DNA of 64,000 nucleotides from Eledone cirrhosa (GCA_964016885.1 OZ024742.1:87792001-87856000), one strand, 5' to 3'. Shown: positions 24,425 through 38,649, counted from the first letter of the stretch. Program-made: numbers and translations. The notes: a model not told the origin generated them from the sequence alone.

Positions 24425-27400
24425 GTAAATATGTTGTACGACGCTCTCAAATAACGAGATCCCAAGTTGTACTCCTTACTACTCTACAGCGTTCCCCCCT
24501 TTTTACTATCGTATTTTCCTTTCACCCTGTTTCTGAAATTATTTTAGAAATGTTGTTTGAACGTAATTAGAATTGCCACCTGGGCTTATAAACTGGATAT
24601 CAGATACCAAACCTTTAATATATTGATACACATTTCATTTTATATATGTCTCGGTTCCCTCCAACTTCCATGCTGGTGATTGTCAGCAACTAATATAGTC
24701 ATCTATCTTATTTCACAGTTGTGAATCCATTGCCTTCATTTATTTCAATTTATCCCTTAGTGACATTTGTGATTCACAAATTTAAATATTCGTGTTTTTA
24801 CACGGTCCGTACAATCATGATAATTACCAACTCACTGAAACTAAAATCATTCAAGAACAATTGCAGCTTTTATCCATCACCGATATAACGCCAATGTAAA
24901 CATTGCCTAACAAAGATTGCTAAAAGATGCCAGGCTATATAAATCAGCTAACTCATCGGAACTAAAGACTATTGATGTACATACGTTATAGGAAATATAT
25001 GTTGCATTTTAGTTATTGAGAGAGTTAAGCATATGATTAATGTCATCATCTCGTTAAGTGTATTCTCTCGCTAATTAATCAGAACATCCGGCCTACGCCC
25101 GTACGCGATTGGGTTAATATGTTCGATTTCAAGTATCAATTAAACATCAGTATATTTGGACCTTCAAACGCACAATAACTGAATGCATAATAAAATCCTC
25201 ACCACATATGTAAATCAACTATGGCTGAAAGCAATCTCTATACAAGTACATCTACAAATATTTCATACAAACATTTCCAATTTCCTAACGTATGGAAACA
25301 AGAACATAAAAAAGCGTCAGTAGCCGAACGTACGATACACTGTCAATACAAAATACATTACTTTCGCTTTACCCTGTTATAAGTAACAGACAACTAATGT
25401 AAAATATAATATACACGTATATATTGTGTTCCTGTTGTTCTTGCGATTTCACAAAAATTCATTTGTTCCTATAACAACTATGGTTATTTTAAAGACGTTA
25501 TGTCTTCAAAGTCTCTTTCTGTTAACGTCCTTTATTATTAAAAAAAATATTACATTTCGACGTATATTGTCTAAACCATTTGCTGTACATATTACACACT
25601 TAGTTTCCATTATTTACTTTTATTTAATTTATATTATTTCTTGTATTGTTTTCTAGTCTATTATATAAATTAGTATTTCAGCCTGGTTAATTGCATCTGT
25701 AATACATTGCCTTTATATGATTGATTAATGATTACGTTCCTGTTCAGTCATACGCAAGAAATAGATGTTTCATGTTATACCCTTTTTCAAAATTAATTCC
25801 ATCTATTTGAGGTCTTTCATCTTGTCAACCCAATCTTCTAGTGTTCATTTTTTAATGTCAAAATCATAAAATTGTCGTTTGTGTTTACTGAACGTTGACG
25901 AGAATATTGTTACATCAATCGGCATATTCGTGTAGATTACTTGAACTTTTTGTGTTATTCTATTTGTGTTATTTAAACATCTATTTCTTGATGTGAAACG
26001 CAACAAATTGCTAATTTATGTGATAAATTTGAAAGAAATCCTTCCTATGAAATAAAATATTTCTTCCAAGAATTTTCGTGAAAATTATTTTTTGATATTC
26101 TCAATAAGGTTTGAAGTTGATAGATAAAATCCGTAAGTTTGATTTTTGTACCTAATTCCTTTAACTTTTCATATAAAATGTCATCTTGTGAAATTTGACT
26201 TTCTATATATATTCTGATATTGTATGAACAATTCACGTTTTGATTAGTGGTTATTTAAACTGGAAAACATATTTGTTTAATGTAATAAAGAGAAGTGTTA
26301 TATTTGATTTTGTTTAAGTGCTGATTTTACCATAATTAGTAGGATATATAATATATGACGCTTTGACCACGTGGTGCTTCAAATAATTATCCTCCAACCT
26401 CTGAGATGTATAGATTCAATCACTCAACAAATCACTTCGTTGTTTCCCAAGGTATATTCTTTATTCTGAGACTATAAACCTTATTACATATTAGTAATTT
26501 AAGTGGGGCTCCAAAAATGTGTTGTAATAGAAATGTTGTTAATGCTTATATAACTTAATTTTCACTGTGAAAACAAAGGAAAGCATATACGTTAATGAGA
26601 CTGCAATTCTGCAGAAAGATAACTAAAGAACGTTAAAATGTGTTATTTGGCACAAGATCCAAAACAGAGATGTATAGATGAGAGGAGATAAAGTCAAAAG
26701 ATGTAAACTTCGATTATAATACAAATGACGGGAGAGGTGTCAGACTCTGTCCATTAGAGTACTATCCGAGCTCAATGATATAAAAGCTTGAATGATAATA
26801 TAATGATTACGCAATGAATATAATTCAGCATAATTCCCGTGTACCACTTTCTAAGGTATTAATCATTCTGTGTAGAAATGTTTTCTGACGCGATATATGG
26901 CAAACCAGATTGATCACAACGTTATAGATTTATTTTAGAAAAACAAAATATTTGAGAGGCTTATCAATATGGGTAGAGATAGCTAAGTATGTTGTTTATG
27001 AATATATATACGATGTGCAGTGACAGCATATTTTTATAGTAAACTGATATAAATATGAGTGGGTTTTGATATGTTATTTTTTTTTATATAATTGATACGT
27101 ATGCAATTTCCTGTGAATGTTTCTTTTAAAAAATGCGATCAGTTCCCAAAATGGAAAGAAATTCATATTACAGCATACCATGTACATTACCCAGTTACAC
27201 ATATAGTGGAATGGGCTCTAAATACAGAATGCTATGTCGTTGATGACGGATATATTAGTTGAAGAATATGTGTCTACAAATCGCACACTATTACTTAGGA
27301 AGTTGTAATTTGATCATAGATTTACACGAACATTGTGAGACATAAATGCATATGTTACGCATAAACATATTGCAAATACCTTTATATTCCACTTTATTAT

Positions 27401-28473
27401 AAATCAGGCTATATCAATGCTACAGTAAACTAATTCCAGTCACTCAAACCCACATTATATTCAAACAAGGATCAGCACGGTATTATTTTTAGTGAATAAC
27501 CATAACGTATTCTATTCTCACTTCGAAATTAGATAAATCACTGAAGATGGATAACGCACCATCCTTTGACGTAGGTGCTTGATGATCAACGATTAAAACA
27601 CGCATACTGAGATTGTTGTATGGTTATTGTGCAAAGTTATATCATATATGTATTCACAGTTAGTTCTGTTATTAAAAATAATGTTGTCCCCAGGGTCAAT
27701 CATGTTTCGTATCAGTAAATTAATATATGATTGCAGTAAAAACAACAATCGAAAAATAATTATTCGAATGAAAAAAATGTATAGGAACAAAATATATCCA
27801 GTATATCTTTGTGTGTTGGGATCTGTTGATAATGACTATTATAAGTTTATATATAAATATATATATATATATTTATATATATATATATATATATATATTT
27901 ATCAATTATATTAATTTAAATTAACTTGTATTACACGGCTCAGAAATACTTCTTTCTTTGAGCTATTTCATTGTAAAGGACTACCTGATATTTGAACTCA
28001 TTATTAATAGTATCACTGCTCCTTACGTAGAGCTAAACTTAACCCCATATAAACGGCTGTTATTTCTAGCAGGACGAGTATGAGGTAACTAGATACTGGA
28101 TGGCCATGTGTGAAATACCATGTGCGTTAAACAGTCTTTTTGAATATTTTGAAGTGAAACATACCAAATTTTCTGGTGCTTGCTGAGGAGATGGAAATGC
28201 GGTATTCTTTCACTTTCATTTTTCGAAACTTATTTGGATTTTAAGGTTTAAACCAGTCTACGGAACAGATTTGATTTTGAAATTTAAATTTGTCCAAGCA
28301 CCACAGCCATTTGCCAATATACTTTGTTTTTATTGATTTATTATTTTAAATCGAGACAGGCAAACTGTATTATTATAATTAGTATTTTTCAATCTAGCTA
28401 ACTTAGTCATTTAAAATACAAACATAGATATGTTGGTATTTGTGTTTATCAAATATATTAAGTTATATTAACT

Positions 28474-28511
<38 letters not shown>

Positions 28512-28665
28512 TAGAGAGAGAGTTGAGAGTTACAATAAATAACTACATAACTATTCTCTTCATCTCGATATTTTCCACCAAGCGTTTTGTCTAAAACCAT
28601 GGGCGTATAGTTGTTATGTAGTTCGGTTTTGTTATTCACATTTTCAATATATATATGTGTGTGTG

Positions 28666-28703
<38 letters not shown>

Positions 28704-29189
28704 GCAGAGAGAGAGACAGAGAGAGAGAGAGGGGAGAGAGAGAAAGCAAGAGAGCGTGTGTAATATTATAATGTTATAATGAGAAATTTAATAAGGAATC
28801 ATGTCATTGTCATATTATTTTTATCAGTATTATTTTATATTTCGTTCGGAGAGAAAGGGAGAAAAGAAGAATGCCATGACATCCAATCAGGAATCTAGGC
28901 ATAATAGAACAAACAAATGGAACAGATATTGTTATGTGTTTTTATACATATTTTATGTGTTATGGTTATTTTATTTGAATGTAATTGATGTATATAAAGG
29001 CAGGGTTTATAGATTGTGCAGGTGACTAACATGTTTGTATACGTTGTCTACATACTATGACAAAGGAAATGATATTTTTTTTTAGGTAGATACATGACGA
29101 AGAATATTGAAAAATATTTTTTCCATACTGACTCACAATATGCTCTAACGTTTGAAACTTATACACACAAACACACACACAAACACGCA

Positions 29190-29234
<45 letters not shown>

Positions 29235-29389
29235 AGAGAGAGAGAGTGAGAGAGAGAGAGAGATGTGTGTGTATGTGTGAGTGTGTTAATGTATGTGTGT
29301 GTAACAAACCTTATTTCTTGGAGTACATAATTCAATTTATTTCAATATGTGCATCATTAAAATATGATACAGAATGATATATACATACA

Positions 29390-29465
<76 letters not shown>

Positions 29466-29666
29466 CATATATATATATATATATATGTAAATATATATAT
29501 ATATATATTGAAAATATAACACATTAGAGAGAGATACATTGCTCCATCAATAAAACAGGGAAAAACCACCAGTGTATGGAATCTATAACCTATGAAACGC
29601 AGAGAATACGCACGGTAATTAAAAATATAAATTAAAGCGGAAATAAATACTTCTATTACTATATAA

Positions 29667-29746
29667 CACACGTACAAATCCAAAGTGATCTGTTTCGCCA
29701 GTAAGTTGTTGACAGAAATGTAATAACCCCGGTTCATCAGCGTGTG
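29667..29746 (-). ncRNA. Type I HHR with full stem III (family B)
   Basis: Minus strand: CACACG-CTGATGA-ACCGG...CTGGC-GAAA-CAGATC ACTTTG GATTTG-TA-CGTGTG. Confidence 0.8.
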
Positions 29747-30104
29747 TAAGGCTATAGATTTCAGACAACACTGTATCTCTCTCTAGTGTGTTACCTTTGC
29801 AACATATTGTATGTTAAAGAGCTCAGGATATCCTCTCCTTTGAGCACATTATTTACTGGGCATGACGAGAGTCTATGGCTCCGTTAATGTATCATCATAT
29901 TTCGCTCCTTATAACAGTTTTACCTCTCTCTCTTTTTGGTTGAGCACACCTCTCTGATTGGTTTTGGGCTGCCCTTTCTAGCAGCTCGTCCCTCAGAGGC
30001 CACTGGTTCACTGCTCTTAAACATGCTGTGATTTCTCTCTCCCACGTGCAGCTGGACGGTCGCTTTAAAAATTCTCTTAGTGTTGTCTGAAATGTATAGC
30101 ATTT

Positions 30105-30184
30105 CACACGCTGATAAACCGGGGTTATTTCATTTCTCTCAATAACTTACTGGCAAAAAAGATCACTTTGGATTTGTACGTGTG
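30105..30184 (+). ncRNA. Decayed HHR (family B; core CTGATAA and AAAA for GAAA)
   Basis: Homologous to 29667-29746 with G8A and G12A changes. Confidence 0.55.
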
Positions 30185-30422
30185 TTATATAGTTAGGAGA
30201 GGTATTTATTTATGCTTTAATTTATATTTGTAATTATCGTGTCTATACTCTGCGTTTCATAGGTTATGGATCCCATACAATGGTGGTTTTCCCTGTTTTA
30301 TTGATAGCGCACCGTATCTCTCTCTAGTGTGTCACCTTTTCAATGTATTGTATTATAAAGAGCTCAATATTTCCTCTCCTTAGAGCACATTATTTACAGG
30401 GAATGACGAGAGTCTATGGCTC

Positions 30423-30847
30423 TGATGTAACTATGGCGACAGTGTGTTGACTATAGCAACGCAGTGTCGCCACCTATGGGTAACACAGAAAATAGCAAAT
30501 TACTTCCCTTATCTCGGCGTCTCTAAAACTAGAGACGCCGATGTAAAACTCAAGAGATTTGGTTTTCAATTCCAGTCGCCTTTGTCCTGCCACGTGGACG
30601 TACTTTGTAAAGACGCCTGTTTTTGACCAAGAGATTTTCATATCTCTTCTTGAATGTAAGAATAAAGCCATTGCCGTTTAGCTTGCAGGGTATGTCCTAT
30701 GAATGTAATTATTATGTCATGTTTTATTAAATGAATCATTTAATAAAATATTAGCATTGTTACCGTTAAACCCTTCTGTTTTTAATTAATAATCTTAGAG
30801 AGATTAGATGTCGTTCACACACCTGGACGATATATGATTTTTCTTTA
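30423..30847 (+). repeat. 5' LTR (~425 bp)
   Basis: Aligns with 36080-36507; begins TG, ends ttcttta. Confidence 0.92.
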
Positions 30848-30848
30848 T

Positions 30849-30861
30849 TGGTGACCCCGAC
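30849..30861 (+). promoter_or_regulatory. Primer-binding site (tRNA-Trp type)
   Basis: TGGTGACCCCGAC 1 nt after the 5' LTR; complementary to the tRNA-Trp 3' end used by CsRn1-clade elements. Confidence 0.85.
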
Positions 30862-31526
30862 TAAGAACAACTTTTAAAATTATTTGCTCTTTAAAATTCT
30901 TCTGTATTGCTGAATTGTATCTCCTTCTGACCTGCCTTGCAAGCATAGTTAGATAAAAACAAAAAATTGTTATCACAACTCATCCAGCGTTTTACCAACA
31001 ATGATATTTATATTATGTACAAAGTGTGCGACGCTGCACATATATATATGGAATTCAGGTCCGTTGTTGTTTGGTATCGTGTCTTTGAGTGAACAATATT
31101 TTTCATTTTGCATCAACTTCTCTCTTTAAAACAGAAAAAAAAAAAAGGATTTCTCTGGATATAAAATTTTGCTTTCAACCTTCTGTTAAAATAACAAAAA
31201 GGAAGACTCAAAAATGTTGTTTTCCCGCGTACAGCTTGTCTTCTTCAATCCCAGCCATCTGATTGGCTGCATCGTGCCTCTTGACGGCTTCTTCATCACA
31301 AACACATTTTTCAATCGGCCATCTTGGGATTTTCTTACCAAATAATTTTCATGGAAAATCATTTTTTTTTATTATGCAAATTTTATTTTGGCCGGCGAGA
31401 ATTTTCAAAAAGAATTTCAGTTGAATTCGCGTGAATAAGATTTTGGATTCCAGTGTCATTTTTTGGTCGCATAGCTGCTTCGAAGAAATAATTTGGCCTT
31501 AAAAATTCATCAAATCTTTGGGCATC

Positions 31527-32400
31527 ATGAATCAACATCATTTGCCGTCCTTCGCAGGCGACATCAAGTTATGGTTTTTGCAGCTTGAATGCTATTTTGA
31601 TATAACGAAAACCAAAGAACTGCATACACTGAAGGTACTAGTTAGTGGCTTGCCTGTGTCGTTGGCATATTCCGTGAAGGATGTGGTAACCAAATTAGCC
31701 GCAGACGTTACTTATGGCTCGTTGAATGGGGAAATTATACGGAGGAATACCAAGTCAGCGGAAAGTCGTTTTCAGGAATTGTTAGATGATGCGCAAATGG
31801 GTGACAGGACGCCAAGCTCCTATTTGCGATATCTGCGGGAATTGAGCGACTCCCATGGGATGGACACCCCATTCCTCAAACAACTATTTTTCTCTCGTTT
31901 ACCGCCAAGTGCTCAGATGGTCTTGGTCAATAATTTGGAGAGGGAATCGTTAGATCAACTTGCCGCATCCGCGGATAGAATACTAGAGGTGGACTCTAAC
32001 AGCAGTCGGCATAATCCTTGTGGGGCTTCTTCTTCTGTTTCCCCACGCAATTATTATGTGGCCGACAGCAAACTGTTGGAGATGATCGAAGCGCTCACCC
32101 AAAAAGTGGAGGATTTGACCGTACAACACAGAGAGCCTTCTCAACGTTTGAGGTATCGTTCGCCTCCGTCTGCTATTCCTAGAAACCGCTACGAGTACCG
32201 TTCACCTCCGTCTGCTATACCTCGAAACCGTTACGAGTACCGTTCGCCGCCGTCTTCTATTCATCTCCAGCACTACAAGGCAGACAACAATAATTCTTCG
32301 TTTTGTTAGTATCATGCTAAGTTCGGCAGTAGGGCACAACGTTGTCGCACGCCCTGTAATTACAAGAGATCGGAACGCAAAGCAGAGCCACTAGGGGCGG
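31527..32400 (+). pseudogene. gag: Gag-like protein (premature stop inside the zinc knuckle)
   Basis: LPSFAGDIKLWFLQLE, MGDRTPSSYLRYLREL, LFFSRLP, LAASADRI; [17 protein letters not shown] (TAG at the expected Trp); ~2.5 copies of a 42-bp repeat YRSPPSAIPRNRYE. Confidence 0.88.
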
Positions 32401-32429
32401 CTAGTGAACTCTGGGAAAATCGACCTAAC

Positions 32430-35400
32430 CGTCATCTTTTCGTATACGACCGGGGGTCGAAAAAATGTTTCCTTGTCGATAATGGCGCGTCGCTGAGTAT
32501 TTGGCCAGTCAGTTATCTCAAAAAAACCCCATCTGAATCAAATATAAATTTACGAGCAGTCAACCGCACGGCCATTCGAACGTACGGGCAAATTTCGCTT
32601 CCTCTTCGGTTAAAACATTTGCGTCGTGAATTGAAGTGGAAGTTTACTATCGCCGACTTGCCATACGCCATTTTGGGAGCGGATTTTCTCCACCATTTTT
32701 CCTTGTCGATTGACATGCGCAGACAACGACTTTTTGATGCTAATACAGGCCTATCGGTAGAGGGTACAATGCCGGAGATCGCCACAGTAAGCCCTGTTTT
32801 TTTCTTGGCTGAAGTGGGCAACCAGTATCACAGTTTGTTAAAATCATTCCCAGAGCTGACGCTTGGAAGATTACGAATTGCTAGTCCGGATCATGTGATT
32901 GAACACTTTATATCCACTACAGGTGCACCTGTCTTCTCACGTCCTCGAGGATTATCTGCAGAGAAGTTGAAAGCTGCACGGTCTGAATTCGACCACATGC
33001 TGGAATTAGGAATAATTCGGCGTTCTACAAGTCCTTGGGCATCGCCTTTACATATGGTACTTAAATCTTCTTGTGATTGGAGACCGACGGGTGACTACCG
33101 ACGCTTAAACGCGATTACTGTGCCTGACCGTTATCCAATCCCGCATTTGCAGGATTTCGCTAATTCATTACAAGGTTGCACACTTTTTTCTAAGCTCGAT
33201 TTAATTCCTGCTTATAATCAGATTCCGGTTAAAAAGGAGGATATTCCGAAGACTGCTATTGCCACTCCTTTCGGAGCATTCGAGTTCCTTACTATGCCTT
33301 TCGGACTTAGAAATGTTGCAAGTACCTTCCAACGATTCATGGATGATGTCACTCGTGGGCTCGATTTTGTCTACGCTTATATCGATGATGTGTTGATTGC
33401 TAGTTCTTCTCCTGAACAACATTCCAAACATCTGGATACCCTATTTCGCTGTTTACAGAAATACAGTGTTCGTATTAATGCTTCCAAGTGTGTTTTCGGC
33501 TCGACTTCACTAACATTTTTAGGCCATCTGATTGACGCCGATGGTATTCGACCTCTTCCTGAGAAGGTTAAGGCAGTATCGGATTTGCCTCCGCCAAGTT
33601 CACTGCGAGAATTGCGTCAATTCTTAGGCCTTGTAAATTTTTATAGGCGATTCGTACCTAATGTTCCAACTTGTTGTTCTCGTTGACAGAAATGTTTTTT
33701 AATTGCCGGCGTAACAATATGGACATTTCCTTAAATAAAACGCAGCGTCAGTATTTTAAAAAAGTGAAAAAGGTGTTAGCGAGCGCGTCTTTGCTCGCCC
33801 ACACAGTACCCAACGCCGAGCTATCGCTCTGTGTTGATGCGTCGGATACCGCTGTGGGCGCAGTCTTGCAACAGAAGTGCGCTGGTTTACAACAACCACT
33901 GGAATTCTTTTCGAGAAAGCTAAAGCCTGCCGACAATCGTTATAGTACTTTGGGGCGTGAGCTTTTAGCAATTTATTTATCTGTGAAACATTTCTCCCAT
34001 GTTCTGGACGGGAGAGCGTTCACTATTTTCACAGATCACAAACCGTTGATTTTCGCTTTAAGATAAAAATCTGACAAATATTCGCCTAGGGAAACTAGAC
34101 ATCTGGATTTTGTTTCCCAATACACCAATGATATTCAACATATTCCGGGTGCTTTGAACACTGCGGCAGACGCCTTGTCTCGCCTCCCAATAGCTTCGAT
34201 ATCGTCGTCTAACGATATAGATTTGCGTCAAATGGACATTGACCAACCCTCGCTTGAGTCATCGCCGGAGTTCATTAACTGCAATATGAAATACCTTCCT
34301 TTATCAACCGCTGACGGACAGATACTTTGCGATATCCCGTTGACCAACCCTCGCTTGAGTCATCGCCGGAGTTCATTAACTGCAATATTAAATACCTTCC
34401 TTTATTAACCGCTGACGGACAGATACTTTGTGATATCTCGTTGAACTCACTACGACCTCTCGTCCCAGTTGGTCATCGATGAACTGTATTTCTCGCTTTG
34501 CATGGCATTTCTCACCCAGGAGTTACAGCCTCGGTAAAACTCATAACAGCCAGATTTTTCTGGCCTGATATGAGACGTGACATTGCTGCTTGGTGCCGTT
34601 CCTGTGTCGCTTGCCAAAAGTCAAAAGTTCATAAGCACGTTAAAACTCCTCTCGGAACTTTCACCTGTCCTGATGCCAGATTTCGTCACATTCATGTGGA
34701 CATCGTCGGCCCGTGGCCGATTAGTCGTGGTTATTCGTATATTTTGACGATCGTTCACCGTTTTTCGCGTTGGCGTGAAGCCATCCTTATGACAGATATC
34801 ACTGCTGAAACGACAGCGCGTACTCTCGTATCTGCATGGATCGCTCGTTTTGGAGTACCAACCACAATAACAACGGACCGCGGTCGTCAATTTGAATCGA
34901 ACCTCTTCCAAGAATTAACACAAATTATTGGCGCTACTCGCATAAGAACCACGGCATATCATCCAGCATCCAACGGAATGGTGGAAAGATTTCACAGACA
35001 GCTTAAAGCCTCTTTAAGGGCTTCAATGGACTCTTCACGTTGGAGTGAGTACCTACCTAATGTGTTGTTAGGTATTCGGTCGACAATAAAGGTGGACCTC
35101 GGGTTCTCCGCGGCCGAATTGATTTATGGTACTCCTCTTGCGTTACCGTGGCAAATGCTTGCTACTGTTGATCTTGCTTCGCAGGATCCCGCTTCCTACG
35201 TGTCCCGGCTTCATTCTTACTTCCAGGATTTACCACCGATGGACACTAGGAAGCAAACTGTAAAAACTGCCGTCCCAAGGGATATTGCCTTGTGGACACA
35301 TGTGTTCGTTAGAGACGACGCTGTGAGACCCCCTCTCACACGGCCGTACTCTGGACCCTATTGTGTGTTTGCTCGTACAGAGAAACATTTCACAGTGGAC

Positions 35401-35616
35401 ATTAGGGGGTCCAGGGAAACTATTTCCGTTGATCGCCTCAAACGAGCCAATCTGGACACTGACACAGTGACACTTGAACCACAAATGCACCCTTCTTTTT
35501 CTTCGCCACATACGCCTTGTTTCTTCGTCCCCCCACCACCAACATACAGAAATACAACCCGTTCAGGTCGAAGGATGCATTGGCCCCGTAAGCAATGCAG
35601 TACTATATACTTCTGA
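32430..35616 (+). pseudogene. pol: Pol: protease, RT, RNase H, integrase (frameshifts and stops)
   Basis: [70 protein letters not shown]...[25 protein letters not shown]; ~101-bp internal duplication at 34239-34440. Confidence 0.95.
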
Positions 35617-36079
35617 ATTGTATTCTTTTTTCTTGCAGTTATTTTTACTGTATATTGAATTTGTTGCTGCATTTTGTACCCTGACTGTCTTTGGTATTTT
35701 TAAGGCATATTATAATTTTTCATTGCATTTTGTAACCTTACTGCCTATGGCATGTTCAATGCCTATCGTTTTTTTTTTATCGCATTTGGGACCCTTACTG
35801 TGAATGGGATTTTTAATGCATTTCGCATTTATTGCTGCATGTGTATAATTATTGCATTTGTTGTATATTTTTTGTGTAATGCTTGCATGCATTAACCTAT
35901 TTCACCTCTATATTATTCGTTTTGAAACCGGTTTCAACAACTTGTAAAGAGTACCATGTAAGGCTTTGGCTTCATTGTTATATATTAAGGGAATTTTTCT
36001 TGCACCAATTTACAACTTCTAGTTCCTCCATGTCATCGTTTGTTTTACGATTTTTATTAAAAATCTGGTCGGAGGTGAT

Positions 36080-36507
36080 TGTAGTAACTATGGCGACAGT
36101 GTGTTGACTATAGCAATGCAGTGTCACCACCTGTGGGTAACACAAAAAAATAGCGAATTACTTCCCTTATCTCGTCGTTCTCTAATAGAAGAGACGCCAA
36201 TGTAAAACTCAAGAGATTTGGTTTTCAATTCCAGTCGCCTTTGTCCTGCCACGTGGACGTACTTTGTAAAAACACCTGTTTTTGACCAAGAGATTTTCAT
36301 ATCTCTTCTTGAATGTAAGAATTAAGCCATTGCCGTTTAGCTTGCAGTGTATGTCCTATGAATGTAATTATTATGTCATGTTTTATTAAATGAATCATTT
36401 AATAAAATATTAGCCTTGTTATCGTTAAAGCCCTTCTGTTTTTAATTAATAATCTTAGAGAGATGAGATGTCGTTCACACACCTGGAGGATATAGCATCT
36501 TTCTTTA
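36080..36507 (+). repeat. 3' LTR (~428 bp), preceded by a short purine-rich tract
   Basis: Aligns with 30423-30847; ggaggtga at 36071-36078. Confidence 0.92.
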
Positions 36508-36511
36508 GCTC

Positions 36512-36722
36512 CATTAATGTATCGTGATATTTCGCTCATTATAACAGTCTTTCCTCTCTCTCTGTTTGGTTGAGCACACCTCTCTGAGTGGTTTTGGGCT
36601 GCCCTTTCTAGCAGCTCGTCCTTCAGAGGCCACTGGTTCACTGCCCTTAAACACGCTGTGACTTCTCTTTCCCACGTGTAGCTGGACGGTCGCTTTAAAC
36701 ATTCTCTTATTGTTGTCTGAAA
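36512..36722 (+). repeat. Continuation of the family B tandem after the Gypsy insertion
   Basis: Aligns with ~29882-30092. Confidence 0.85.
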
Positions 36723-36879
36723 AAAACAGGCCACCGGCAACAGTCAAAATAAGTGATCTATTCAAAATTAATTATTTGAAATTTGTATTTGAACATTCAA
36801 GTCAGGGTGGGAGTCATAGCTTGCTCTATGAAAATCTGATCTTAAGGAGTATATAGAAAATCATTATTATTATTAGCCT

Positions 36880-38645
36880 CCACATTCATATTTAATGTAC
36901 ATGGAGTCAGCGTTTACATCAATACACAACATTTGAAAATCCAATACATTGAGTATTGGGTTAGAAACCATACACACCACATCCTATTCTCATCGTTACT
37001 AAGATTAATCTAGACAGCTTCCACCTGTGTGATGGTGGAGAGTTTCACAACCATCCGCATGCATCGAGTCAGCAGAAGGATAGATGGTACTGCCATTTTG
37101 TTGTATGATTCCTTTAAGTCGGACGGATATATCACATTCTCTAATAGCTACTGTAAATCGTTCAGCCTGTACAGCAAAGCTCATGACATGATAATTGTTG
37201 GGCTCTATAGGCCACCCACACTTTTCATACTGCTCTTTAAAGAATGCCTAAACAGCATTGAGTGTTTTATACAACTGTGCCATTCGAGTAACATACTTAT
37301 AGTGGAAGACTTTAATCTACCCTGTGCTGATTGGTATACAAGCAGTTTTAAACCAAGCACTTCCACTTCAACTGCAAACAAAGCAACAATGGGAGTTTAT
37401 CTTGTCCCAACTTGTCCTTGCTCAAACACGATATGAGAACAAGAACAACATTTGGACTTAGTGTTTAGTAATGTTAGTAACACTATACATACTACTACAT
37501 TGGGCAACTATACGTGATATCATACGAAGACATGGGTCTCTGCAACCTAAGATTCCAACGGTCGAAAAACAATATATAAAGTCATTGTTCTCACTGTTGG
37601 GCTTCTCTCATTGATGAAAATGACACTCCCCAAGACAATACTAAAGCCATGGGTGAGATACTGCAGAAACAATACTGCTCTACGATCAGCAAACCTGATA
37701 TGAGTGATCTGGGCTGTATTAGTGATGTTAATCAGCAACACACTATACGAACATAACATTTGGCGCCCCTGATTTCTTAGTAGCAATTCAGAAGTATGGA
37801 CACAATTCAGAAGTATGATCCGATAGGTTCCTTGCTAGTGTCCTGAAGGTGTGTCGACACCCAATTGCATCTCCTCTAGCTAATCTGTAGAAGACCTCAC
37901 TGGACGCTAGCTTTATACCTGAACATTTTCTGACCCAGTGTGTTGTCCCAGTTTTCAAATCGGGAAGTAAGTCCTTTCCTGTGAATTACCTTAGATCTCA
38001 CTCACCTCGCATACCATTAATGTATATGAGAGGGTAAGTGAGATCACAAAAAAATAAATTTCTTGTGAGCAACAATTTTCTGAACCGCAGCCAACATTAG
38101 CTCTGTAATGGAAGGGACTGGTTAACGAAGCCCCGGCATCAATTTGATGAAAGTTAAGATCTTTGGGGGAGGTCTCCTCCACTGATATCATCTACATTGA
38201 TTTAAGCAAGACCTTTGAGAGGGTTGATCATAACATTATACCGAATAAAATATCCGACATTTGTGACTCTGGGAAATTACTGCAATGGATCTTGTGTTTC
38301 CTGCTAGAGCCCAATGCGTTTTAGTTTGAGTACAATAAAGCCGATTCAAATTCAGTAGTGGCCTTCCACAAGGCACTATGTTGGGCCTATCCATTTTCCT
38401 TATCTCTTACAATGATATGACAAACGCCATCATGCAGAGCAGCATGAGAATATTTCCAGAAAATGTCAAGCTTCAGAAGATCATTAGTGCAGTGGATGAC
38501 TGCACATTCCTTAATACTGTATACTTTCTGTAATCCAATTGGTGGATATACAATATGCTGCTGAACGAGAATACATTCGAATTAATCCCCGTTAGTAAAT
38601 AGGATGCAGTGAAACGCTCATATTACCTTCCTTCGTGTGATACTC
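36880..38645 (+). mobile_element. CR1-group LINE relic (APE endonuclease and RT), heavily decayed
   Basis: IIVGLYRPP, ILIVEDFNLPCADW, VVPVFKSGSKSFPVNY, ISLTSH, DIIYIDLSKTFERVDH, LPQGTMLG; boundaries approximate. Confidence 0.75.
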
Positions 38646-38649
38646 TTAA

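Larger units (their letters stand above)
29507..30422. mobile_element. Retrozyme-like family B (541-bp unit): TA-anchored minus-strand piece 29507-29772 plus plus-strand tandem 29773-30422, continuing at 36512-36722 beyond the Gypsy insertion
   Basis: 29773 aligns with 30314 (period 541); 29507-29772 is the reverse complement of ~30079-30345; no credible ORF. Confidence 0.8.
30423..36507 (+). mobile_element. Ty3/Gypsy LTR retrotransposon, CsRn1/Kabuki-type, full length but decayed
   Basis: LTR pair, PBS, gag with Cx2Hx9Cx3C, PR-RT-RH-IN order, 4-bp TSD GCTC (30419-30422 / 36508-36511) confirmed by the empty site in the neighbouring repeat unit (~29878-29890). Confidence 0.95.

Noticed and set aside
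27536-27595. ATCA-CTGAAGA-T-GGAT..ATCC...TGAT as a hammerhead
   Set aside because: No GAAA after stem II and no stem III; at best an unprovable relic
24430-28450. Microsatellite-poor stretch with short ORFs (e.g. 26045-26236) as possible host exons
   Set aside because: No recognisable domain or convincing exon structure by eye; needs RNA-seq or BLASTX
32307-32309. TAG at the end of the gag ORF as a programmed read-through site
   Set aside because: It falls inside the CWYH zinc-knuckle motif (TGG to TAG), so it is a nonsense mutation
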